64,000 nucleotides of DNA. Source: the human T2T-CHM13v2.0 reference genome, Homo sapiens. Of this stretch, positions 27,601-43,300 are shown in pieces. The number at the start of each line of letters is the position of its first letter. Position 1 is the stretch's first letter. Location of the stretch: the NCBI RefSeq assembly GCF_009914755.1, contig NC_060933.1; one strand, given 5' to 3'. A model generated the notes under the pieces. It was not told the origin of the DNA and searched no databases. It worked only from the letters and a program-made list of their open reading frames with translations. Both the position numbers and the translations under genes were made by a program.

Positions 27601-28809
27601 ACGAGTGGAGTTGCATGGATTGGAATGGAATGGAATGGAATCAACACGAGTACAGGGGAATGGAATGGAATGGAATGCAATGGAATGGAATCATCCGTAA
27701 TGGAATGGAAAGGAATGGAATGGAATGGAATGGAATGGAATCAACTCGATTGCAATCGAATGGAATGGAATGGAATGGAATGGAACGGAACGGAACGGAA
27801 TGGAATGGATTGGAATGGAATGGAATGGAATGGAATGGAACGGAAAGGAATGGAATGGAATGGAATGGAATGGAAAGTAATGGAATGGAATCAACGCGAG
27901 TGCAGGGGAATGGAATGGAATGGAATGGAATGGAATGGAATAAACCCGAGTGCAATGGAATAGAGTGGAATGGAATGGAATGGAATGGAACAACCCGAAT
28001 GGAATGGAATGTAATGGAGAGTAAGGGAGTTGAATAGAATCAATCCGAATGTAATGGAATGGAATGGAACGGAATGGAATTGAATGGAATGGAATGGAAT
28101 GCAATGGAATGGAATCAACCCGAGTGCAATGGAATGGACAGGAATGGAATGGAATGGAATGGAAACTACCCGAATGGAATGGAAAGTAATGGAGTGTAAG
28201 GGAATTGAATAGAATCAATCCGAATGTAATGGAATGGAATGGAACGGAATGGAATGGAATGGAATGGAATGGAATGGAATGGAATGCAATGGAATGGAAT
28301 CAACCCGAGTGCAATCGAATGGAATCGAATGGAATGGAATGCAATGGAATGGATTCAACTTGAATGGAATGGAAAGAATGGAATCAACACGAGTGGAATG
28401 GTATGGATTGGAATGGAATGGAATGGAATCAACCCGAGTACAGGGGAATGGAATGGAATGGAATGCAATGGAATGGAATCATCCGTAATGGAATGGAAAG
28501 CAATGGAATGGAATGGAATGGAATGGAATGGAATGGAATGGAACTCAACTCGATTGCAATCGAATGGAATGGAATGGAATTAACCAGAATAGAATGGAAT
28601 GGAATGGAATGGAATGGAACGGAATGGCATGGAATGGAATGGAATGGAATGGAATGGAACGGAACGGAACGGAATGGATCTAATGGAATGGAATGGATTG
28701 GAATGGAATCAACGCGAGTGCAGGGGAATGGAATGGAATGGAATGCAATGGAATGGAATCTTCCGGAATGGAATGGAATGGAATGGAAGGGAAGGAAAGG
28801 CAATGGATT

Positions 28810-31020
28810 CAACTCGATTGCAATTTAATGGAATAGAATGGAATGGAATGGAATGGAATGGAATTAACCCGAATAGAATGGAATGGAATGGAATGGAACG
28901 GAATGGAACGGAATGGAATGGAATGGAATGGTATGGAATGGAATGGAATGGTACTGAATAGAATGGAATGGAACGAATTGTAATGGAATGGAATTGAATG
29001 GAATGGAATGGAATGGAATGGAATCAACGCGAGTGCATGGGAATGTAATGGAACGGAATGCAATGGAATGGAATCATCCGGAATGGAATGGAATGGAATG
29101 GAATGGAATCAACCCGAGTGCAATGGAATGGAGTGGAATGGAATGGAATGGAATGGAACAACCCGAATGGAATGGAATGTAATGGAGAGTAAGGGAGTTG
29201 AATAGAATCAATCCGAATGTAATGGAATGGAATGCAACGGAATGGAATGGAATGGAATGGAATGGAATGCAATGCAATGGAATCAACCCGAGTGCAATAG
29301 AATGGATTCGAATGGAATGGAATGCAATGGAATGGATTCAACTTGAATGGAATGGAAAGAATGGAATCAACACGAGTGGAATGGCATGGATTGGAATGGA
29401 ATGGAATGGGATCAACCCGAGTACAGGGGAATGGAATGGAATGCAATGCAATGGAATGGAATCATCCGTAATGGAATGGAAAGGAATGGAATGGAATGGA
29501 ATGGAATGGAATGGAATGGAATGGAATCAACTCGATTGCAATCGAATGGAATGGAATGGAATTAACCCGAATAGAATGGAATGGAATGGAATGGAATGCA
29601 ACGGAACGGAATGGAATGGAATGGAATGGAACCGAACGGAACGGAATGGAATGGAATGGAATGGAATGGAATCAACGCGAGTGCAGGGGAATGGAATGGA
29701 ATGGAATGCAATGGAATGGAATCTTCCGGAATGGAATGGAATGGAATGGAATGGAATGAAATGCAATGGATTCAACTCGATTGCAATGGAATGGAATAGA
29801 ATGGAATGGAATGGAATGGAATGGAATTAATCCGAATAGAATGGAATGGAATGGAATGGAACGGAATGGAACGGAATGGAATGGAATGGAATGGTATGGA
29901 ATGGAATGGAATGGTACTGAATAGAATGGAATGGAACGAATTGTAATGGAATGGAATTGAATGGAATGGAATGGAATGGAATGGAATCAACGCGAGTGCA
30001 GGGGAATGTAATGGAACGGAATGCAATGGAATGGAATCATCCGGAATGGAATGGAATGGAATGGAATGGAATGGAATGGAATCAACCCGAGTGCAATGGA
30101 ATGGAGTGGAATGGAATGGAATGGAATGGAACAACCCGAATGGAATGGAATGTAATGGAGAGTAAGGGAGTTGAATAGAATCAATCCGAATGTAATGGAA
30201 TGGAATGCAACGGAATGGAATGGAATGGAATGGAATGGAATGCAATGCCATGGAATCAACCCGAGTGCAATAGAATGGATTCGAATGGAATGGAATGCAA
30301 TGGAATGGATTCAACTTGAATGGAATGGAAAGAATGGAATCAATACGAGTGGAATGGCATGGATTGGAATGGAATGGAATGGGATCAACCCCAGTACAGG
30401 GGAATGGAATGGAATGGAATGCAATGGAAAGGAATCATCCGTAATGGAATGGAAAGGAATGGAATGGAATGGAATGGAATGGAATGGAATGGAATCAACT
30501 CGATTGCAATCGAATGGAATGGAATGGAATTAACCCGAATAGAATGGAATGGAATGGAATGGAATGCAACGGAACGGAATGGAATGGAATGGAATGGAAT
30601 GGAATGGAACCGAACGGAACGGAATGGAATGGAATGGAATGGAATGGAATCAACGCGAGTGCAGGGGAATGGAATGGAATGGAATGCAATGGAATGGAAT
30701 CTTCCGGAATGGAATGGAATGGAATGGAATGGAATGAAATGCAATGGATTCAACTCGATTGCAATGGAATGGAATAGAATGGAACGGAATGGAATGGAAT
30801 GGAATTAATCCGAATAGAATGGAATGGAATGGAATGGAACGGAATGGAACGGAATGGAATGGAATGGAATGGAATGGAATGGTATGGATTGGAATGGAAT
30901 GGTACGGAATAGAATGGAATGGAACGAATTGTAATGGAATGGAATTGAATGGAATGGAATGGAATGGAATGGAATGGAATCAACGCGAGTGCAGGGGAAT
31001 GTAATGGAACGGAATGCAAT
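28810..31020 (+). repeat. ~0.97-1.0 kb tandem duplication inside unit A (counterpart ~46835-49090 in unit B)
   Basis: GGTACTGAAT 28950/29913, GGGATCAACC 29408/30381 and GCAATAGAATGGATTCG 29294/30267. Matching ORFs are at 29198/30171 and 47234/48232. Confidence 0.87.
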
Positions 31021-31310
31021 GGAATGGAATCATCCGGAATGGAAAGGAATGGAATGGAATGGAATGCAATGGAATGGAATCAACCCGAGTGCAATGGAAT
31101 GTAATGGAGAGTAAGGGAGTTGAATAGAATCAATCCGAATGTAATGGAATGGAATGCAACGGAATGGAATGGAATGGAATGGAATGGAATGGAATCAACT
31201 CGATTGCAATCGAATGGAATGGAATGGAATTAACCCGAATAGAATGGAATGGAGTGTAATGGAACGGAACGGAATGGAATGGAATGGAATGGAACGGAAA
31301 GGAAGGGAAT

Positions 31311-34300
31311 AGAATGGAATGGAATGGAATGGAATGGAATGGAATGGAATGGTACGGAATAGAATGGAATGGAACGAAATGGAATGGAATGGAATGGAAT
31401 GGAATGGAATGGAATGGAATCAACTCGATTGCAATCGAATGGAATGGAATGGAATTAACCCGAATAGAATGGAATGGAAGGGAATGGAACGGAACGGAAT
31501 AGAATGGAATGGAATGGAATGGAATGGAACGGAAAGGAATGGAATGGAATGGAATGGAATGGAATGGAATGGAATGGAATCAACGCGAGTGCAGGGGAAT
31601 GGAATGGAATCAAATGGAATGGAATGGAATCAACCGGAGTGCAGGGGAATGTAATGGAACGGAATGCAATGGAATGGAAACATCCGGAATGGAATGGAAT
31701 GGAATGGAATGGAATGGAATGGATTGGAATGGAGTGCAACAACCCGAATGGAATGGAATGTAATGGAGAGTAAGGGAGTTGAATAGAATCAATCCGAATA
31801 TAATAGAATGGAATGGAACGGAATGGAATGGAATGGAATGGAATGGAATGGAATGGAATCAACCCGAGTACAATGGAATGGAATGGAATGGAATGGAATG
31901 GAATGGAATGGAATGGAATGGAAATGAATGGAATGGAATCAAGCCAAGTGCAATGGAATGCAGTGGAATGGAATGGAAAGGAATGGAATGGAAAGCAATT
32001 GAATGGAATGGAATGACTTCAAACAGAATGGAATGGAAAGGAATGGAATCAACACGAGTGGAACGGAATGGAATGGAATGGAGTGGTATGGAATGGAATG
32101 GAATGGAACAACCCGAATGGAATGGAATGTAATGGAGAGTAAGGGAGTTGAATAGAATCAATCCGAATGTAATGGAATGGAATGCAACGAAATGGAATGG
32201 AATGGAATGCAATGGAATGGAATGCAAAGGAATGGAATCAACCGGAGTGGAATGGCATGGAATGGAATGCAATGGATTGGAATGGAATGGAATCAACTCG
32301 AGTGGAAAGGAATGGAATGGAATGGAAAGGAATGGAATGAAGTCAACTCGAGTGGAATGGAATGGAATGGAATGGATTGGAATGGATTGCAATGGAATGA
32401 AATGGAATGGAATGGAATGGAATCAATCATTCCGAGTGGAATGGAAGGGAATGTAACGGAGTGGAAAGAAGGGAATGGAATCAACCCGAGTGGAATGCAA
32501 GGCAATGGAATGGAATGGAAAGGAATGGAATGGAATCAACTCGATTGCAATGGAATGGAATGGAATGGAATGGAATGGAATGGAATGGAATGGAATTAAC
32601 CGGAATAGAATGGAATGGAATGGAATGGAACGGAATGGAATGGAATGGAAGGGAATGGAATCAACACGAGTGCAGGGGAATGGAATGGAATGGAATGCAA
32701 TGGAATGGAATCATCCGGAATGGAAAGGAATGGAATGGAATCAACTCCATTGCAATGGAATGGAATGGAATGGAATGGAATAGAATGGAATGGAATTAAC
32801 CCGAATAGAATGGAATGCAATAGAATGGAATGCAACGGAACCGAATGGAGTGGAATGGAATGGAATGGAATCAACCCGAGTAGAATGGAAAGGAATGGAA
32901 TGGAATGGAAACTAATAGAATGGAATCAACCCGAGTGGAATGGAATGGAAAGGACTGGAATGGAAAGGAATGGAATGGAATGGAATGGAATGGAATGGAA
33001 TGGAATGGAATCAACGCGAGTGCAGGGGAATGGAATGGAATCGAATAGAATGGAATGGAATGGAATGGAATCAACCCGAGTGCAATGGAATGGAGTGGAA
33101 TGGAATGGAATGGAATGGAACAACCCGAATGGAATGGAATGTAATGGAGAGTAAGGGAGTTGAAAAGAATCAATCCGAATGTAATGGAATGGAATGGAAC
33201 GGAATGGAATGGAATGGAATGGAATGGAATGCAATGGAATGGAATCAACCCGAGTACAATGGAATGGAATGGAATGGAATGGAATGGAATGGAATGCAAT
33301 GGAATGGAATCTTCCGGAATGGAATGGAATGGAATGGAATGGAATGGAATGGAATGGAATGCAATGGATTCAACTCGATTTCAATGGAATGGAATAGAAT
33401 GGAATGGAATGGAATGGAATGGAATTAAACCGAATAGAATGGAATGGAATGGAATGGAACGGAACGGAACGGAACGGAACGGAGTGGAATGGAATGGAAT
33501 GGAATTGTATGGAATGGAATGGCATGGTACGGAATAGAATGGAATGGAAAGAATTGGAATGGAATGGAATCGAATGGAATGGAATGGAATGGAATGGAAT
33601 CAACCCGAGTGCAGGGGAATGTAATGGAACGGAATGCAATGGAATGGAATCATCCGGAATGGAATGGAATGGAATGGAATGGAATGGAATGGAATGGAAT
33701 GGAATCAACCCGAGTGCAATGGAATGGAGTGGAACGGAATGGAATGGAATGGAACAACCCGAATGGAATGGAATGTAATGGAGAGTAAGGGAGTTGAATA
33801 GAATCAATCCGAATGTAATGGAATGGAACGGAATGGAATGGAATGGAATGGAATGGAATGGAATGCAATGGAATGGAATGAACCCGAGTACAATGGAATG
33901 GAATGGAATGGAATGGAATGGCATGGAATGGAATGGAGTGATACGGAATAGAATGGAATGGAACGAAATGGAATGGAATGGAATGGAATGGAATGGAATG
34001 GAGTGGAATCGTTCCGAGTGGAATAGCAGGGAATGTATTCGAGTGGAATGGAAAGGAATGGAATCAACCAGAGTAGAATGGAAGGGAATGGAATGGAATG
34101 GAAACTAATAGAATGGAATCAACCCGAGTGGAATGGAATGGAAAGGACTGGAATGGAAAGGAATGGAATGGAATGGAATGGAATGGAATGGAATGGAATG
34201 GAATGGAATCAACGCGAGTGCAGGGGAATGGAATGGAATGGAATGGAATGGAATGGAATGGAATCAACGCGAGTGCAGGGGAATGGAATGGAATCGAATG

Positions 34301-37300
34301 GAATGGAATGGAATGGAATGGAATTAACACGAGTGCAGGGGAATGTAATGGAACGGAATGCAATGGAATGGAATCATCCGGAATGGAATGGAATGGAATG
34401 GAATGGAATCAACCCGAGTGCAATGGAATGGAGTGGAATGGAATGGAATGGAATGGAACAACCCGAATGGAATGGAATGTAATGGAGAGTAAGGGAGTTG
34501 AAAAGAATCAATCCGAATGTAATGGAATGGAATGGAACGGAACGGAATGGAATGGAATGGAATGGAATGCAATGGAATGGAATCAACCCGAGTACAATGG
34601 AATGGAATGGAATGGAATGGAATGGAATGGAATGGAATGGAATGGAATGCAATGGAATGGAATCTTCCGGAATGGAATGGAATGGAATGGAATGGAATGG
34701 AATGGAATGGAATGGAATGCAATGGATTCAACTCGATTGCAATGGAATGGAATAGAATGGAATGGAATGGAATGGAATGGAATTATACCGAATAGAATGG
34801 AATGGAATGGAATGGAACGGAACGGAACGGAACGGAACGGAACGGAACGGAACGGAACTGAACGGAGTGGAATGGAATGGAATGGAATTGTATGGAATGG
34901 AATGGCATGGTACGGAATAGAATGGAAGGGAAAGAATTGGAATGGAATGGAATCGAATGGAATGGAATGGAATGGAATGGAATGGAATGGAATGCAATGG
35001 ATTCAACTCGATTGCAATGGAATGGAATAGAATGGAATGGAATGGAATGGAATGGAATTATACCGAATAGAATGGAATGGAATGGAATGGAACAGAACGG
35101 AACGGAACGGAACGGAACGGAACGGAACGGAACTGAACGGAGTGGAATGGAATGGAATGGAATTGTATGGAATGGAATGGCATGGTACGGAATAGAATGG
35201 AAGGGAAAGAAGTGGAATGGAATGGAATCGAATGGAATGGAATGGAATGGAATCAACCCGAGTGCAGGGGAATGTAATGGAACGGAATGCAATGGAATGG
35301 AATCATCCGGAATGGAATGGAATGGAATGGAATGGAATGGAATGGAATGGAATGGAATGGAATCAACCCGAGTGCAATGGAATGGAGTGGAATGGAATGG
35401 AATGGAATGGAACAACCCGAATGGAATGGAATGTAATGGAGAGTAAGGGAGTTGAAAAGAATCAATCCGAATGTAATGGAATGGAATGGAACGGAACGGA
35501 ATGGAATGGAATGGAATGGAATGCAATGGAATGGAATCAACCCGAGTACAATGGAATGGAATGGAATGGAATGGAATGGAATGGAATGGAATGCAATGGA
35601 ATGGAATCATCCGGAATGGAATGGAATGGAATGCAATGGAATGGAATGGAATGGAATCAACCCGAGTGCAATGGAATGGAGTGAAATGGAATGGAATGGA
35701 ATGGAAACAACCAGAATGGATTGGAATATAATGGAGTGTAAGGGAATTGAATAGAATAAATCTGAATGTAATGAAATGGAATGGAACGGAATGGAATGGA
35801 ATGGAATGGAATGGAATGGAATCAACTCGATTGCAATCGACTGGAATGGAATGGAATTAACCCGAATAGAATGGAATGGAATGGAATGGAACGGAACGGA
35901 ATGGAATGGAATGGAATGGAATGGAATGGAACGGAAAGGAATGGAATGCAATGGAATGGAATGGAATGGAATGGAATCAACGCGAGTGCAGGGGAATGGA
36001 ATGGAATCCAATGGAATGGAAAGGAATGGAATGGAATCAACCCGAGTGCAGGGGAATGTAATAGAACGGAATGCAATGGAATGGAATCATCCGGAATGGA
36101 ATGGAATGGAATGGAATGGAATCAACCCGAGTGCAATGGAATGGAGTGGAATGGAATGGAATGGAATGGAACAACCCGAATGGAATGGAATGTAATGGAG
36201 AGTAAGGGAGTTGAAAAGAATCAATCCGAATGTAATGCAATGGAATGGAACGGAATGGAATGGAATGGAATGGAATGGAATGGAATGCAATGGAAAGGAA
36301 TCAACCCGAGTACAATGGAATGGAATGGAATGGAATGGAATGGAATGGAATGGAATGGAATGCAATGGAATGGAATCTTCCGGAATGGAATGGAATGGAA
36401 TGGAATGGAATGGAATGGAATGCAATGGATTCAACTCGATTGCAATGGAACGGAATAGAATGGAATGGAATGGAATGGAATTAAACCGAATAGAATGGAA
36501 TGGAATGGAATGGAACGGAACAGAACGGAACGGAACGGAACGGAGTGGAATGGAATGGAATGGAATTGTATGGAATGGAATGGAATGGTACGGAATACAA
36601 TGGAATGGAAAGAATTGGAATGGAATGGAATCGAATGGAATGGAATGGAATGGAATGGAATCAACCCGAGTGCAGGGGAATGTAATGGAACGGAATGCAA
36701 TGGAATGGAATCATCCGGAATGGAATGGAATGGAATGGAATGGAATGGAATCAACCTGAGCGCAATGGAATGGAGTGAAATGGAATGGAATGGAATGGAG
36801 ACAACCAGAATGGATTGCAATATAATGGAGTGTAAGGGAATTGAATAGAATCAATCTGAATGTAATGAAATGGAATGGAACGGAATGGAATGTAATGTAA
36901 TGGAATGGAATGGAATGCAATGGAATGGAATCAACCCGAGTGCAATCGAATGGAATCGAATGGAATGCAATGCAATGGAATGGATTCAACTTGAATGGAA
37001 TGGAAAGAATGGAATCAACACGAGTGGAATGGCATGGATTGTAATGGAATGGAATGGAATCAATCCGAGTATAGGGGAATGGAATGGAATGGAATGCAAT
37101 GCAATGGAATCATCCGTAATGGAATGGAAAGGAATGGAATGGAATGGAATGGAATGGAATGGAATGGAATGGAATGGAATCAACTCGATTGCAATCGAAT
37201 GGAATGGAATGGAATTAACCCGAATAGAATGGAATGGAATGGAATGGAACGGAACGGAATGGAATGGAATGGAATGGAATGGAATGGAACGGAAAGGAAG

Positions 37301-40300
37301 GGAATGGAATGGAATAGAATGGAATGGAATGGAATCAACGCGAGTGCAGGGGAATGGAATGGAATGGAATGCAATGGAATGGAATCTTCCGGAATGGAAT
37401 GGAATGGAATGGAATGGAATGGAATGGAATGGAATCAACCCGAGTGCAATGGAATGGAGTGGAATGGAATGGAATGGAAGGGAACATACCGAATGGAATG
37501 GAATGTAATGGAGAGTAAGGGAGTTGAATAGAATCAATCCGAATGTAATGGAATGGAATGGAACGGAATGGATTTGAATGGAATGGAATGGAATGCAATG
37601 GAATGGAATCAACCCGAGTGCAATGGAATGGAGAGGAATGGAATGGAATGGAATGGAAACTACCCGAATGGAATGGAATGTAATGGAGTGTAAGGGAATT
37701 GAATAGAATCAATCCGAATGTAATGGAATGGAATGGAACGGAATGGAATGGAATGGAATGGAATGGAATGGAATGGAATGCAATGGAATGGAATCAACCC
37801 GAGTGCAATCGAATGGAATCGAATGGAATGGAATGCAATGGAATGGATTCAACTTGAATGGAATGGAAAGAATGGAATCAACACGAGTGGAATGGCATGG
37901 AATGGAATGGAATGGAATGGAATGGAATGGAATCAACCCAAGTACAGGGGAATGGAATGGAATGGAATGCAATGGAATGGAATCATCCGCAATGGAATGG
38001 AAAGGAATGGAATGGAATGGAATGGAATGGAATCAACTCGATTGCAATCGAATGGAATGGAATGGAATTAACCCGAATAGACTGGAATGGAATGGAATGG
38101 AACGGAACGTAATGGAATGGAATGGAATGGAATGGAATGGAACGGAACGGAATGGAATGGAATGGAATGGAATGGAATGGAATGGAATCAACGCGACTGC
38201 AGGGGAATGGAATGGAATGGAATGCAATGGAATGGAATCTTCCGGAAAGGAATGGAATGGAATGGAATGGAATGAAATGCAATGGATTCAACTCGATTGC
38301 AATGGAATGGAATAGAATGGAATGGAATGGAATGGAATTAATCCGAATAGAATGGAATGGAATGGAATGGAATGGAATGGAATGGAATGGAACGGAACGG
38401 AATGGAATGGAATGGAATGGAATGGAATGGAATGGTATGCAATGGAATGGAATGGTACGGAATAGAATGGAATGGAACGAATTGTAATGGAATGGAATTG
38501 AATGGAATGGAATGGAATGGAATGGAATGGAATGGAATCAACGCGAGTGCAGGGGAATGTAATGGAACGGAACGCAATGGAATGGAATCATCCGGAATGG
38601 AATGGAATGGAATGGAATGGATTGGAATGGAATGGAATCAACCCGAGTGCAATGGAATGGAGTGGAATGGAATGGAATGGAATGGAACAACCCGAATGGA
38701 ATGGAATGAAATGGAGAGTAAGGGAGTTGAATAGAATCAATCCGAATGTAATGGAATGGAATGCAACGGAATGGAATGGAATGGAATGGAATGGAATGGA
38801 ATGGAATGCAAAGGAATGGAATCAACCCGAGTACAATGGAATGCAATGGAATGGAATGGAATGGAATGGAATGGAATGGATTGGAATACCTTCAAACCGA
38901 ATGGAATGGAAAGGAATGGAATCAACACGAGTGGAATGGAATGGAATGGAATGGAATGGCATGGAATGGAATGGAATGATACGGAATAGAATGGAATGGA
39001 ACGAAATGGAATGGAATGGAATGGAATGGAATGGAATGGAATGGAATGGAATCGTTCCGAGTGGAATAGGAGGGAATGTATTCGAGTGGAATGGAAAGGA
39101 ATATAATCAACCAGAGTAGAATGGAAGGGAATGGAATGGAATGGAAACTAATAGAATGGAATCAACCCGAGTGGAATGGAATGGAAAGGACTGGAATGGA
39201 AAGGAATGGAATGGAATGGAATGGAATGGAATGGAATGGAATGGAATCAACGCGAGTGCAGGGGAATGGAATGGAACGGAATACAATGGAAAGGAATCAT
39301 CCGGAATGGAATGGAATGGAATGGAATGGAATGGAATCAACCCGAATGCAATGGAATGGAGTGGAATGGAATGGAATGGAATGGAACCACCCGAACGGAA
39401 TGGAATGTAATGGAGAGTAAGGGAGTTGAAAAGAATCAATCCGAATGTAATGGAATGGAATGGAACGGAATGGAATGGAATGGAATGGAATGGAATGGAA
39501 TGGAATGGAATGCAATGGAATGGAATCATCCCGAGTACAATGGAATGGAATGGAATGGAATGGAATGGAATGGAATGGAATGGAATGGAATGGAATGCAA
39601 TGGAATGGAATCTTCCAGAATGGAATGGAATGGAATGGAATGGAATGGAATGTAATGTAATGCAATGGATTCAACTCGATTGCAATGGAATGGAATAGAA
39701 TGGAATGGAATGGAATGGAATGGAATTAAACCGAATAGAATGGAATGGAATGGAATGGAACGGAACAGAACGGAACGGAACGGAACGGATTGGAATGGAA
39801 TGGAATGGAATTGTATGGAATGGAATGGAATGGTACGGAATAGAATGGAATGGAAAGAATAGGAATGGAATGGAATCGAATGGAATGGAATGGAATGGAA
39901 TGGAATCAACCCGAGTGCAGGGGAATGTAATGGAACGGAATGCAATGGAATGGAATCATCCGGAATGGAATGGAATGGAATGGAATGGAATGGAATGGAA
40001 TCAACCCGAGCGCAATGGAATGGAGTGGAATGGAATGGAATGGAATGGAGCAACCCGAATGGAATGGAATGTAATGGAGAGTAAGGGAGTTGAATAGAAT
40101 CAATCCGAATGTAATGGAATGGAACGGAATGGAATGAAGTAGAATGGAATGGAATGGAATGGAATGCAATGGAATGGAATCAACCCGAGTACAATGGAAC
40201 GGAATGGAATGGAATGGAATGTAATGGAATGGAATGGAGTGGAATGGAATGGAATGGAATCAACCCGAGTGCAATGGAATGGAGAGGAATGGAATGGAAT

Positions 40301-43300
40301 GGAATGGAAACTACCCGAATGGAATGGAATGTAAGGGAGTGTAAGGGAATTGAATAGAATCAATCCGAATGGAATGGAATGGAATGGAACGGAATGCAAT
40401 GTAATGGAATGGAATGGAGTCAACCCGAGTGCAGGGGAATGGAATGGAATGGAATGCAATGGAATGGAATCATCCGGAATGGAATGGAATGGAATGCAAT
40501 GGAGTGGTATGGAATGGAATGGAATCAACCTGAGTGCAATGGAATGGATTGAAATGGAATGGAATGGAATGGAGACAACCAGAATGGATTGCAATATAAT
40601 GGAGTGTAAGGGAATTGAATAGAATCAATCTGAATGTAATGAAATGGAATGGAACGGAATGGAATGGAATGGAATGGAATGGAATGGAATGGAATGGAAT
40701 GCAATGGAATGGAATCAACCCGAGTGCAATCGAATGGAATCTAATGGAATGGAATGCAATGGAATGGATTCAACTTGAATGGAATGGAAAGAATGGAATC
40801 AACACGAGTGGAATGGGATGGATTGGAATGGAATGGAATGGAATCAACCCGAGTATAGGGGAATGGAATGGAATGGAATGCAATGGAATGGAATCATCCG
40901 TAATGGAATGAAAAGGAATGGAATGGAATGGAATGGAATGGAATGGAATGGAATCAACTCGATTGCAATCAAATGGAATGGAATGGAATTAAGCGAATAG
41001 AATGGAATGGAATGGAATGGAACGGAACGGAATGGAATGGAATGGAATGGAATGGAATGGAATGGAACGGAAAGGAAGGGAATGGAATGGAATAGAATGG
41101 AATGGAATGGAATCAACGCGAGTGCAGGGGAATGGAATGGAATGGAATGGAATGGAATCAACGCGAGTGCAGGGGAATGGAATGGAATGGAATGCAATGG
41201 AATGGAATCTTCCGGAATGGAATGGAATGGAATGGAATGGAATGGAATGGAATCAACCCGAGTGCAATGGAATGGAGTGGAATGGAATGGAATGGAATGG
41301 AACAACCCGAATGGAATGGAATGGAATGGAGAGTAAGGGAGTTGAATAGAATAAATCCGAATGGAATGGAATGGAATGGAATGGAATGGAATGGAATGGA
41401 ATGGAATGCAATGCAATGGAATGGAATCAACCCGAGTGCAATGGAATGGAGAGGAATGGAATGGAATGGAATGGAAACTACCCGAATGGAATGGAATGGA
41501 ATGGAGTGTAAGGGAATTGAATAGAATCAATCCGAATGGAATGGAATGGAATGGAACGGAATGGAATGGAATGGAATGGAATGGAATCAACCCGAGTGCA
41601 GGGGAATGGAATGGATTGGAATGCAATGGAATGGAATCATCCGGAATGGAATGGAATGGAATGCAATGGAATGGAATGGAATGGAATCAACCCGAGTGCA
41701 ATGGAATGGAGTGAAATGGAATGGAATGGAATGGAGACAACCAGAATGGATTGGAATATAATGGAGTGTAAGGGAATTGAATAGAATAAATCTGAATGTA
41801 ATGAAATGGAATGGAACGGAATGGAATGGAATGTAATGAAATGGAATGGAATGCAATGGAATGGAATCAACCCGAGTGCAATCGAATGGAATCGAATGGA
41901 ATGGAATGCAATGGAATGGATTCAACTTGAATGGAATGGAAAGAATGGAATCAACACGAGTGGAATGGCATGGATTGGAATGGAATGGAATGGAATCAAC
42001 CCGAGTACAGGGGAATGGAATGGAATGGAATGCAATGGAATGGAATCATCCGTAATGGAATGGAAAGGAATGGAATGGAATGGAATGGAATGGAATGGAA
42101 TGGAATCAACTCGATTGCAATCGAATGGAATGGAATGGAATTAACCCGAATAGAATGGAATGGAATGGAATGGAACGGAACGGAATGGAATGGAATGGAA
42201 TGGAATGGAATGGAACGGAAAGGAAGGGAATGGAATGGAATAGAAAGGAATGGAATGGAATCAACGCGAGTGCAGGGGAATGGAATGGAATGGAATGCAA
42301 TGGAATGGAATCTTCCGGAATGGAATGGAATGGAATGGAATGGAATGGAATGGAATGGAATGGAATCAACCCGAGTGCAATGGAATGGAGTGGAATGGAA
42401 TGGAATGGAATGGAACAACCCGAATGGAATGGAATGTAATGGAGAGTAAGGGAGTTGAAAAGAATCAATCCGAATGTAATGGAATGGAATGGAACGGAAT
42501 AGAATGGAATGGAATGGAATGGAATGGAATAGAATGGAATGCAATGGAATGGAATCAACCCGAGTACAATGGAATGGAATGGAATGGAATGGAATGGAAT
42601 GGAATGGAATGCAATGGAATGCAATGGAATGCAATCTTCCGGAATGGAATGGAATGGAATGGAATGGAATGCAATGGATTCAACTCGATTGCAATGGAAT
42701 GGAATAGAATGGAATGGAATGGAATGGAATGGAATGGAATGGAATGGAATTAAACCGAATAGAATGGAATGGAATGGAATGGAACGGAACAGAACGGAAC
42801 GGAACGGAACGGATGTGGAATGGAATGGAATGGAATTGTATGGAATGGAATGGAATGGTACGGAATAGAATGGAATGGAAAGAATTGGAATGGAATGGAA
42901 TCGTATGGAATGGAATGGAATGGAATGGAATCAACCCGAATGCAGGGGAATGTAATGGAACGGAATGCAATGGAATGGAATCATCCGGAATGGAATGGAA
43001 TGGAATGGAATGGAATGGAATGGAATCAACCCGAGCGCAATGGAATGGAGTGGAATGGAATGGAATGGAATGGAACAACCCGAATGGAATGGAATGTAAT
43101 GGGGAGTAAGGGAGTTGAATAGAAACAATCCGAATGTAATGGAATGGAACGGAGTGGAATGGAATGGAATGGAATGGAATGGAATGGAATGGAATGGAAG
43201 GGAATGCAATGGAATGGAATCAACCCGACTACAATGGAACGGAATGGAATGGAATGGAATGGAATGGAATGGAATGGAATGGAATGGAATGGAATCAACC

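Larger units (their letters stand above)
14695..31310 (+). repeat. Large tandem duplication unit A (~16.6 kb)
   Basis: Colinear private markers shared with unit B: TCAAGCCAAG 15351/31939, CAATCATTCCGAGT 15836/32424, TAGCAGGG 17441/34024, GAACATACC 19531/37482, GGAATACCTTCAAACC 20932/38883, TTAAGCGAAT 23133/40989, GATGTGG 24961/42812 and GAAGGAAAGGCAAT 28791/46817. Confidence 0.93.
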
